Source: an uncultured Chloroflexia bacterium (GTDB lineage: Bacteria > Chloroflexota > Anaerolineae > B4-G1 > SLSP01). From it: 64,000 nt of DNA. Both the position numbers and the translations under genes were made by a program. The stretch is from positions 1-64,000 of the forward strand of contig CAVVUS010000019.1 of assembly GCA_963751345.1 (NCBI GenBank). The letters are read 5' to 3'. Shown one piece after another: positions 40,415-49,743 of this stretch. The notes beneath the pieces were generated by a model, which saw nothing but the letters and a program-made list of their open reading frames with translations, was not told the origin of the DNA and did no database searches. Positions within the stretch are counted from its first letter, which is position 1. Each line of letters begins with the position of its first letter.

Positions 40415-41218
40415 TCACTGAGTCAGGAAACTCACGACCTCATCCACGAAGCCCTCGGGGTCGAGGTCCATCGCGATATGCTGCTGGCCCTCGAGAACGA
40501 CGATATGGCTATTTGGCAAGGCTGCGTCGACCGTCTCGGTCTGCCGTCGCACGTGTGCCGGACTGTCACCACCCAGCAGAAGCAGCGTTGGAACCTGCAT
40601 CGAGGCGAACCGCCCGGCGTCGAAGCCATAGGTGCGATCGGCCGAGATCTCGCGCACGAGCGTCGGCGCGAGCTGGATCCGCCGTTGCCACATCGGCAGC
40701 TTACGATAGGCGGACAGCTCGTATTCGGGCATCTGCACGACCTCGCGGAACATCACCTCCAGTGTTGCTTCATACTTGCCCTGGTTGACGAGTGACGTCA
40801 TACGATCCAGGATCTCCCTGGGCACAGTCGGTTCGCCCACGGGAATCGGCGGCTCGTAGAGCACGAGACGGGCGATGACGTTGGTCAGCAGGCTCGCCTC
40901 CAGGCTGCAGAGTGCACCGTACGAATGAGCGAGCACGTTGACAGGCGCCGGCAGGGCGTCGACGACTGCGGCGATGTCCTCAGCCTCGCGCGCCGTAGCG
41001 TAGTCCGGCGCATCGCCGCTCTCCCCACGCCCGCGACGGTCCATCGCGGCTATGGTGAAATGCGACTCCAGCAGCGGCAGGACGGTGTCCCACCGCTGGT
41101 GGTCGGCGGTTGTGCCGTGGACCAGGAGCAGCGACGGTCCCGAGCCCGACACCCAATAGCCGATGGTCGTGCCATCGGTTGATACAACGTGTTCCGTATG
41201 GGAACTCCGGCTGTCCAT
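40415..41218 (-). CDS. Alpha/beta hydrolase fold protein
   Basis: LLLVHG, DRRGRGES, AHSYG nucleophile elbow, LYEPP, GQQH; AAGGAGG RBS. Confidence 0.92.
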   Translation of the reverse strand: MDSRSSHTEHVVSTDGTTIGYWVSGSGPSLLLVHGTTADHQRWDTVLPLLESHFTIAAMDRRGRGESGDAPDYATAREAEDIAAVVDALPAPVNVLAHSYGALCSLEASLLTNVIARLVLYEPPIPVGEPTVPREILDRMTSLVNQGKYEATLEVMFREVVQMPEYELSAYRKLPMWQRRIQLAPTLVREISADRTYGFDAGRFASMQVPTLLLLGGDSPAHVRRQTETVDAALPNSHIVVLEGQQHIAMDLDPEGFVDEVVSFLTQ

Positions 41219-41293
41219 CCCGCCCTCCTTGTCTTCTGTTCTCAGCGGCCACACGTTCTCCAGGAATCCCACCCGGAGCCCAACTCTCTCCAT

Positions 41294-41321
41294 ATTATAG
41301 ACAAGTGTATGCTTTATTCAA
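41294..41321 (-). promoter_or_regulatory. Sigma70-type promoter of the hydrolase gene
   Basis: Minus strand TTGAAT-N16-TATAAT. Confidence 0.6.
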
Positions 41322-41471
41322 GCACTTGCGTCACTCGGGTGAACACAGAAGGAGGTCTCGGGAACAGACGTGCTTGCCTCAGCCGCTACGCTTGGGGGGT
41401 ACCGGGTCCGGCGGCTTCAGACTCTGCGAGGAGTGGTTGCCCTGAAAGCAGGACGGATGGGTCTCTCAGAC

Positions 41472-42674
41472 CTAGGTCTGTGTATCATTGTCCAGCCCCA
41501 TCCTCTCTGTCGCGTGGGGGGAATTCCGTCGCTGCACCCGATAGTAGGCCAATCCCTCGATCAGCGCCTCGATGTTCCTCCACGGCACGCCAGGTGTGAT
41601 CGAGCTCGACGCGCCGAGAACCAGGCCCGTCCGCGGACCTTGCTCGACCAGCCAACGCAGTTCGCGCCGCACGTCGTCCGGGGTGCCATAGGGGAGTGTG
41701 CGGGTGACCGAGACCCCGGCGAAGATGATGAGCGGGTCGCCGCCGGCGGTACGCATCCGACAGATTTTCGCGTAGTCCATCCCATGCTCGTACTGGAAGC
41801 CCTGGAAACCGTGCAGCCCCACCTCCAGCAGCCGCGGCACCATCGCCATCAAGTTGCCGTCACAGTGCCAGATCAGGCGGATGCCGGCGTCCAGTACGGG
41901 CGCCAGGCAGCGGGCGAAATGAGGGAACCAGAGCCGATCGAGCGTCTCGGGCCGGACGAGCAGGCCACGCCCGTCGGCCATATCGTGGTCGAGACGGATC
42001 AGGGGAGGGAGCGCCCCCTCCCGGAAGGCTTGCGCCGCGGCCCGGTTGTTGCACAGGGCAAGGTCGGCCTGGAGCGCGAAGTGGCGCTCGATGACGTCGG
42101 GATAGAGGGCGTAGGCCGAGAAGTAGGCCTCATACCCGTAGGTCCCATAGGAGAGCGAGGGAAAGGCCACGACCCCGTAGGGCACCTTGAGGATGGTCGG
42201 GCCAAGGAGATCCTGCACGTCTCGTTCATCGGCCACGATCTCGGTAGCCCGGCGGCGGACTGCATCCTCGTCATAGGCAGCGATAGCGGCCTTGAGCCTG
42301 GGGAACTCGACCTCTTCGAGATGCGCTGCGACTGCCTCGGGCCCGTCGATCGCAATTCCGTCGCAGACGATGGATGCTGCGCCGCTCGTGGGCCGGTCTC
42401 GCACCTCGGAGTCGACGTCGTAGCCGAGGTTGCCCATCGTCAGCGGATTGCGGGGAATCCATTGGTCGACCAGGCAGACGCCCGCGGCCTGCTGCATCCG
42501 TGTGTAGATGCCTTTGGGATCCTGACGGTAGGCGCCCGGAGGCGCGCCTGCGACTCGCTCGATGTGGGCGTGCTCCATCAGGAAGAGCTGCCACGTCGGG
42601 ATGCCGCGGGTGGGTCGCTGCAGGATGGCGTCGAGCGCAAGCTGTGCAGTCCGGGTCAAGACGGCGGCAGTCAT
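41472..42674 (-). CDS. Uroporphyrinogen decarboxylase / MtaA-CmuA methyltransferase superfamily protein
   Basis: DHDMA, WHCDGN (HxxG metal site), GFQ.E.GMD, TLPYGTPDDVR. Confidence 0.8.
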   Translation of the reverse strand: MTAAVLTRTAQLALDAILQRPTRGIPTWQLFLMEHAHIERVAGAPPGAYRQDPKGIYTRMQQAAGVCLVDQWIPRNPLTMGNLGYDVDSEVRDRPTSGAASIVCDGIAIDGPEAVAAHLEEVEFPRLKAAIAAYDEDAVRRRATEIVADERDVQDLLGPTILKVPYGVVAFPSLSYGTYGYEAYFSAYALYPDVIERHFALQADLALCNNRAAAQAFREGALPPLIRLDHDMADGRGLLVRPETLDRLWFPHFARCLAPVLDAGIRLIWHCDGNLMAMVPRLLEVGLHGFQGFQYEHGMDYAKICRMRTAGGDPLIIFAGVSVTRTLPYGTPDDVRRELRWLVEQGPRTGLVLGASSSITPGVPWRNIEALIEGLAYYRVQRRNSPHATERMGLDNDTQT

Positions 42675-43004
42675 GGGGGTGCTCCTCTCCGTGCCGGTGA
42701 TCTCGCCAGCATACCACCGATCGTGCCACGGCGCGATTGGCCCCCAACTACGGCCAACGCAACCCGCCCTGATTACCAACTGAGAACGCCCCGCAGCGTC
42801 CATACTGTGGCACTATGATGGTAGGCGTGGAATGTGGGTGCAGAGACAGGGCACCGCCCCATTTTCCGGCATCCGCGGCGTAATAGTTCTGTAATATCTC
42901 GATAAGGGCCTCTTAATCTCAACGCTCCATACTGTGTATAGTGCGCGCGGAACTTCCGCGCGTCGCCCCATCGGGTCGTACTTAGCGTGCAGTCAAGGGA
43001 GGGT

Positions 43005-46000
43005 ATGATGCTCAGGAGAGCCAGTCCGTGGATGCTGATCGTGACGCTGTTGTCGCTGGCGGTGCTGTTGGCAGCGCCGGCACCCGTTGCCGCGGCGACG
43101 CCGGTCGCCGGCGGGGACGTCTCGGGGACCTGGACGGCAGCGGGATCTCCGTATCTTATCAATGGGCACATCACCGTGCCCACCGGACAGACATTGACGA
43201 TCGAACCAGGCGTCCAGGTCGTCTTTGGGGACGGAGGATATGGGTTCACGATCAATGGGACGTTGTTGGCTGAGGGTACCGCAGCTGCTCCGATCGTCTT
43301 CACGACGACGGATACGTCGCCGGGATGGCTGGGGATCCGGTTTGTGAATGCCTCGGACGCCAGCAGTTTGAGCTACGCAATCGTCGAGAAGGGCCACGCC
43401 TCTGTCGCCAGCCCGGGGAATATCGGCGGCGGGATCTACATCGAGGGATGTTCGCCCACGATCAGCCACTCGACCATTCGCGACAACTATGCCACGTATG
43501 CCGGAGGTGGGATCGCCCTGACCAACTCCAACGCGATCCTGCGCGATAACCAGATCCTGGACAACCACGCGGGGATTCAGGCGTCGGCCTATGGCGGCGG
43601 GATCTACATGGTCAAATCGAACCCTGAGCTGACGCGGAACGTCATCCGCGGCAACTACTCAGCGTGGCGGGGAGTTTCTCGACGCCCTACGGCGAGGGGG
43701 GGCGATTTTCGCCCGCAGCTCGAGCCCCGTGCTGACGGACAATGTCATCGCGGACAACATGGTCAACGCCTCAGCCAACAGCTACGCCCGCGGCGGTGGG
43801 ATCTACTTCTACTACGGGAGCCCGGTGCTGGTGAACAACACTCTGGCGAACAACGGCGTGACCACGGGCGGAGGTGTCTACTCGTACTGGGAAGGTGGGG
43901 GTCTCTACCTCTACTGGTCACAGGTGACGTTGGTCAACGACATCCTGTCGGGCAACGTCGCCAACAGCGGGGCGCAGATCTACATCGAGGGCCAGACCCA
44001 GCTCACCGTGGCCCACACCGACCTGGATGGCGGGACGGCTGGTGTGGTCAACAGTGACGGCGCGCCGATCGTGCAATTGGGCGGCAACCTCAATGCCGAC
44101 CCGCGCTTCGTCGATGCAGCAGGCGGCGATTACAGCTTGCAGTCCAACTCGCAGGTCATCGACGCCGGAATAGCGCATCTCGAGTACAACGGCACGGTCT
44201 ACGTGGATCTGTCGCCGGATCAGTACAATGGCAGCGCGCCGGACATGGGCGCGTCGAGTTCGGTACGCCGCGGCCAACCAGCCGCCCGTGGCGGTGGCCA
44301 CGGCGACGCCGGACTGTGGCAGCGCGCCGCTCACGGTCCAGTTCGGGTCCGATGGGTCGAGTGATCCCGACGGCACAATTGTGAGCTATTCGTGGGACTT
44401 CGGCGATGGCGGGACGTCGACCGAGGCCAATCCCGCTGCATACATATGCCAGTGTGGGCTCTATAGCGCCACGCTGACGGTCACCGACGATGACGGCGCC
44501 GTTCACACCGACACCATCCCCGTGACCGTTGTGGACGGGACGACGGTCCTGGAGGGGAACGTATCGGGCACCTGGACCGCGGCGGGATCGCCGTACCGCG
44601 TCGATGGCGACATCGTGGTGCCCTCGGGCCAGACGCTCACGATCGAGGCAGGGACGACCGTGCTCTTCGAGAGTTGGTGGAAGCTGACCGTCAACGGCAC
44701 ATTGTTGGTGGAGGGGACACAAGCTGATCCCGTACTTTTCACGGCACCCGACACCACGTCGGGATGGCTAGGCATTCGCTTCGTCAACGCGTCGGACAGC
44801 AGTCATCTCAGCTACGCGATCGTGGAGAAGGGCCACGCTTCGGGCGCGTCCCCGGAGAACACCGGCGGCGGGATCTACATCGAGGGATCGTCCCCACGAT
44901 CGATCACTCAACGGTTCGCGACAACTACGCTACCTATGCGGGCGGCGGCGTCTACCTGACCAACTCAAATGCCGTCCTGCGCGACAACCTGATCGAGAAC
45001 AACCGGGCGGGGATGGGCGGGTCGTCCTACGGTGGCGGCATCTACATGATCAACTCAAGCCCTGAGCTGACACGGAACGTGATCCGTGGCAACTCAACCA
45101 ACGTGGCGGGGACGTACACGACGCCCTATGGTGAGGGGGGCGGGCTCTTCACCCGTAGCTCGAGTCCGGTGCTGACGGGTAACGTGATCGTAGAGAACAT
45201 GGTCAACGCCTCGGCCAACAGTTACGCCCGCGGCGGGGCTGCGTTCTTCTACTACGGGAGCCCGGTGTTGGTGAACAACACGATCGCCAACAACGGGGTG
45301 GAGCTGGGCGGCGGGGTCTACTCATACTGGGAGGGCGGGGGGCTCTACCTCTACTATTCGCAGGTAACGCTGGTCAACGATATCGTGTGGGGCAACGCCG
45401 CCAACAACGGCACCCAGGTCTTCATCGAGGGAACGACTCAGCTCACGGTTGCTTACACTGACGTGGACAGCAGCGCCACGGGTGTGGTCAACAGCGATGG
45501 CGCGCCTATCGTGCAGCTGGGCGGTATGCTCAATGCCGATCCGCGCTTCGTCGATTCGGCGAATGGCGACTACAACCTGCAGGCGAACTCACCGGCTGTC
45601 GACGCCGGCACGGCATATCTCGAGTACAACGGCACGGTCTACGTGAACCTGACGCCCGATCAATACAACGGAAATGCCCCGGATATGGGCGCGTTGGAGT
45701 CAGGTTTCACGGGGACGACGAACCAGCCACCTACGGCGGTGGCATCGGCGAGCCCACAGACCGGCACCGCACCGCTGAGCGTTCAGTTCAGCTCCGCCGG
45801 ATCGAGTGATCCCGACGGCACCATCGCGACCTTCGCGTGGGACTTTGATGACGGGAGCACGGCCTCGGAGGCCAACCCGACGCACACGTACGGCGCAGCC
45901 GGGAGCTATCAGGCGATTCTCACCGTGACGGACGATGGCGGGGCGGCCGCCACCGCGGCGGTGGACATCACGGTGAGCCCGGCCTCGCAGCCCGAGATCC

Positions 46001-46305
46001 ACGTGCAGGCCCAGACCGTTGCGCGGCTCACGAGTGGCAATCGTGCCCGTGGTACGGATACCATCCTGATCGTGGATCAGTCAGGCCAGCCGGTAAACCG
46101 GGTGAGTGTCACCGTCTCCTATGCTGGGCCCAACAGTGGGCAGTTGAGCGGTAGGACCAGCTCCGACGGCCTGGTCACCCTGAGGACGCCGTGGCAACGC
46201 CGGCCGAGCGGCACGTGGTGCTTCACTGTGACGAGTGTTACCAAGGGAGGATACGCGTACAATCCGGCGGCTAACGTCGTGACGATGCAGTGTGAGACGC
46301 CCTGA
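43005..46305 (+). CDS. Secreted protein with two tandem (right-handed beta-helix + PKD) modules; frameshifted
   Basis: Signal peptide; VSGTWTAAGSPY and GGGIY repeats; DPRFVD; NQPPxA...SDPDG.I..F/YxWDF.DG PKD twice. Confidence 0.85.
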
Positions 46306-46321
46306 ACCTGGGCGCCGGGCG

Positions 46322-46358
46322 GGGGACATGCCGAGGATCTCGATCCCCGGCATGCCCC
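46322..46358 (+). terminator. GC-rich hairpin after the beta-helix/PKD gene
   Basis: GGGGACATGCCGAGGATC-TC-GATCCCCGGCATGCCCC, imperfect stem. Confidence 0.4.
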
Positions 46359-46469
46359 GTTGCCGTGATTTCCGGCCTTGGGCCTATCGCATTCGAACGC
46401 GGTATCTGAGTCGCAGTGCCGCGGTGTAATACCGGATCCTGACACATCATCTCGAAAAGAGGTCGGACG

Positions 46470-46832
46470 ATGGCGAACAATCCTATCAACCTGGGTATAC
46501 GGTTTCTTCTAGAGCTGGTCGCATGGGGCGCCCTTGGGTATTGGGGCTGGGTCCGTCACGCCGGCGCGTGGCGTTTCCTGTTGGCGATCGGCCTGCCGCT
46601 CGCAGCAATGGTGCTTTGGGGCGTCTTCCGTGTACCAAACGACGGCGGTCCCCCGGTCGTCGCGGTACCTGGCGTGGCACGGCTGGCGCTAGAGGCGGTC
46701 GTCTTCGGGGCTGCGGTAGTACTGCTTGTCGATGCCGGTCAGCGTCCCTTGGGTATCGCGCTGGCCATCATCCTTGTGGCGCACTACGCCGTCTCCTACG
46801 ACCGCGTTGCCCGGCTGCTCACGGTGGGCTGA
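46470..46832 (+). CDS. YrdB family (DUF2568) membrane protein
   Basis: NLGIRFLLEL, GYWGW, WGVF, RLALE. Confidence 0.85.
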   Translation: MANNPINLGIRFLLELVAWGALGYWGWVRHAGAWRFLLAIGLPLAAMVLWGVFRVPNDGGPPVVAVPGVARLALEAVVFGAAVVLLVDAGQRPLGIALAIILVAHYAVSYDRVARLLTVG

Positions 46833-46961
46833 CACGCTTCTGCCTGCACCGGGGTCTGAGGTCGGACGGGAGCCGAAAACGGCAATGAGGAGCGAGCGCT
46901 TGCGCTTCATCGCCCTCTCTCCCCTTTCGTGTTTTCGCCCCGAGAGCAAAGCAGAGGGCCG

Positions 46962-47858
46962 TTACCGGCGCCGTTCCTCCAGCTCCTCGACGGTGCGGGG
47001 CCAGTCGTCCTTGAGCAGCCGCGAGAGCGCCCTGTCGGCCAGCAGCCGTCCCTCGGTCTGGCAGGTCGGGCAGTAGTTAGTCTCGTTGGCTGCGTAGCGG
47101 ATGCGTTGCACCGGCGTCCCGCAGACGGGACATGGCTTGCCGTAGCGGCCGTGGACGGCCATGTCGTCGCGGAAGGCAGTGATCTTGGTGGGGAGGCCGT
47201 CGCCGACCTCGGCACGCAGGGCCTCCGTGAACTCGTTGAGGATGGCGCGGGTGGCGTCGAGGAGCCGCGCGACCTGTTCGTCCGAGATGCTCCGGCTGAG
47301 CAGGAAGGGCGACAGCCTCGCCCGGTGCAGAATCTCGTCGGAGTATGCGTTGCCGATGCCGCTCAGGATCGTCGGGTCGGTGAGCGTGCGTTTGAGGGTG
47401 TGGTTCTCGAACCGGATGGCTGCGGCGAAGGCCTCCGGCGTGGCCTCCATCACCTCCAGCCCGCCGCGCTCGAAGGCGGCCAACCCCTCGCGTCCCCGGA
47501 CCACGTGGAGCGACGCGCGTTTCTGCGACGACGCCTCGGTGAGAAGGAGCGTCCCATTGTCAAAGTCGAAAGCCGCCAGCCCGCGTTTTTTCGGAATCGC
47601 CTTGCCCAGATCTTGCCAGGCAAGGCGTCCGCTGACCATCAGGTGGAGAACGAGGTAGATCTCATCCTCGAAGTCGAAGACGATTCGTTTCCCGAAGCGC
47701 TCGAGGTCGACCAGGCGCCGCCCCTCGACATCGCCGACGGGTGGCACAGCGGTGCGTAGCAAGAAGGGGTGGGCGATGCGGACGTGATCCAGCCGCCGCC
47801 CGCCAACGACCGCGCGCAGTCGCTCGATGTAGACGACGACGTCCGGGTACTCCGGCAT
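46962..47858 (-). CDS. Fpg/Nei family DNA glycosylase/AP lyase
   Basis: N-terminal PEYPD, GKR, HLM..G, H2TH SGIGNAYSDEIL, zinc finger CPVC...YCPTCQ. Confidence 0.93.
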   Translation of the reverse strand: MPEYPDVVVYIERLRAVVGGRRLDHVRIAHPFLLRTAVPPVGDVEGRRLVDLERFGKRIVFDFEDEIYLVLHLMVSGRLAWQDLGKAIPKKRGLAAFDFDNGTLLLTEASSQKRASLHVVRGREGLAAFERGGLEVMEATPEAFAAAIRFENHTLKRTLTDPTILSGIGNAYSDEILHRARLSPFLLSRSISDEQVARLLDATRAILNEFTEALRAEVGDGLPTKITAFRDDMAVHGRYGKPCPVCGTPVQRIRYAANETNYCPTCQTEGRLLADRALSRLLKDDWPRTVEELEERRR

Positions 47859-47864
47859 AGCCCC

Positions 47865-49622
47865 TCAGGCCGCCTGTGGTATATCCTTCTGTTGATCCGA
47901 GCGCCAATGACAGTTCTTGTATTTCTTCCCGCTGCCGCACCAGCAGGGATCGTTTCGGCCGGGCTGCGGTTGAGTCCGGCCCCCGCCGGGCCAAACGGCA
48001 GCCGCCCGTGGGGTGAGCTCGACGACGTCACCAAGCGGCCTATCCTCATCCTCATCGTCCCAGTCGTATTCATCATCCCAGTCATCGTCGTCCGCGCGCT
48101 CGGCGAACATCGCTCCGACCTGTGCGATGGCATCCTCTGTTGTCATCGGCGTGAACATCATGCTAAAGGCTGCTTCGGCATCGTCCTTGGAGCGGCTCAG
48201 AAGAATGTCCGCGATCTTCGCCAGGGCGCTCCGAGATACATGAGGCTCCCGGCCGGCCGACGCACGTGATAGCTCCTCGATGACGGCCCTGCGCCCGAGG
48301 CGGTGCGCGACGAGGGTGAGCGCGCTTCCGAGGTGTGTCTCCGGCCCTGCAGCATCACTGTCCATCCACCGGAAGAGCGGAACGAGTGCCCTGCGGCCAC
48401 CCACGCGACCTGCCATAGCGAGAAGTTCGTCGAACTCCCAGCCGGCTTCGAGCACTTGCGCCACCGCCTCTTCCGCGCGGGGGTCGCCGAGATCGATCAA
48501 CGCCCACATCGGCCCGATGAGATAGCCGGTTTCTACTGTCATAAGCGCGCTCTGGAAATAGGTCCAGATGCGGTCACTACCCTCACGTGCATCGAGCTGT
48601 CCCAGGACCACGCACGCCAGAGCTTTCCCATAGTCATCGAGCCTGTCAAAGACCTCCAGCAGCGCGGGCACAGCGGGCGGCCCGAGCCGCTGGAGCGCGC
48701 CTGCAAGACGCTCCTGGATCCACGCGCGATCCCTGAAAACAGCTGTGCCGGGCTCGACAAGCCTCTCGGCGATCAAAGCAGCGCTGTCCGGGCCGAAGGC
48801 AGTGATATGCTGCAGCCACTCCGCAACCAGCAATGGGTCACCCACCGGAACGAGATCCAGCAGGTCTGCTGCGGATCCGGCAGTTCGAATGCGGTTGGCC
48901 AGTTTCTCATGGTCAGGCCCGAGGGGCAGTATCTCCGTGGGAATGGCTCCGAGCATGATGTCGATCGTGCTGGGGGAGAGCATCTCCCAGCGGGCCGCCG
49001 TGAGGGGGTGGAAGGTAGGCCCGGCGGGAACGAGCGCGTCCATCATGTCCAGAAGCGCCTCCGTGGTCAGATCCGGGTCGAATGCCGCGGGATCGAAGTC
49101 CTCGCCCGCCCACTCAACCCACGTTCCGTGATCGGGGTTGGCTTTGTCCGCTATGGCCTGCAGAAAGTCCGTGTATCCCCAGATCCCGCCAACATCCTCG
49201 GGTGGGCACGCCCGTCTTCCTGTGACGCAGATCGGATAGTCTTCCTCAGGGTCTGCGGGCAAGATCTTCTCCAGCTTGAGGACGTGGCGCCACGAGTCGC
49301 CGAAGTCATATTCGTACTCCAGTTTGTCGCCTACCCTCTCCAGGACGTCGCTGAGCGCGAACTCCCGCTCGTCGAGCGTGCCCATGCCCCAGTCATCCTG
49401 TGAGACATCGCCGAGCTCCCCGTCGTCGGTGGTGAACATATGGAGATGGTAGTCCTCCCATCCCATCGCCACCTGGATGATATGATGGACGATATCCAGC
49501 GTAAGGTCGGACGGCAGGAGCAGCCGTCGCCAGATCGGGGGATGCGCGTCCCTCAGATCCAGGCGAATCTGATAGATGGGCGCTTCCACGACGTCATCCT
49601 GAGTTTCTCTTTGATCGGTCAT
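47865..49622 (-). CDS. Plasmid pRiA4b ORF-3-like domain protein with helical repeats and a C-terminal SEC-C motif
   Basis: PPIWRR, GWEDYHLHMF, YEYDFGDSWRH, CPPEDVGG; GRNDPCWCGSGKKYKNCH. Confidence 0.88.
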   Translation of the reverse strand: MTDQRETQDDVVEAPIYQIRLDLRDAHPPIWRRLLLPSDLTLDIVHHIIQVAMGWEDYHLHMFTTDDGELGDVSQDDWGMGTLDEREFALSDVLERVGDKLEYEYDFGDSWRHVLKLEKILPADPEEDYPICVTGRRACPPEDVGGIWGYTDFLQAIADKANPDHGTWVEWAGEDFDPAAFDPDLTTEALLDMMDALVPAGPTFHPLTAARWEMLSPSTIDIMLGAIPTEILPLGPDHEKLANRIRTAGSAADLLDLVPVGDPLLVAEWLQHITAFGPDSAALIAERLVEPGTAVFRDRAWIQERLAGALQRLGPPAVPALLEVFDRLDDYGKALACVVLGQLDAREGSDRIWTYFQSALMTVETGYLIGPMWALIDLGDPRAEEAVAQVLEAGWEFDELLAMAGRVGGRRALVPLFRWMDSDAAGPETHLGSALTLVAHRLGRRAVIEELSRASAGREPHVSRSALAKIADILLSRSKDDAEAAFSMMFTPMTTEDAIAQVGAMFAERADDDDWDDEYDWDDEDEDRPLGDVVELTPRAAAVWPGGGRTQPQPGRNDPCWCGSGKKYKNCHWRSDQQKDIPQAA

Positions 49623-49743
49623 GGCATACGCCTCCTCGGTCGTCTGGTTACCATCTGAATTCTAGTGGCACGCGGTCCGAGGTCAAGGGCAGGTATCGCC
49701 CCGCCTGGTTGACGGTGCCGATGAAGCGCATCGGAAGGGGGCG

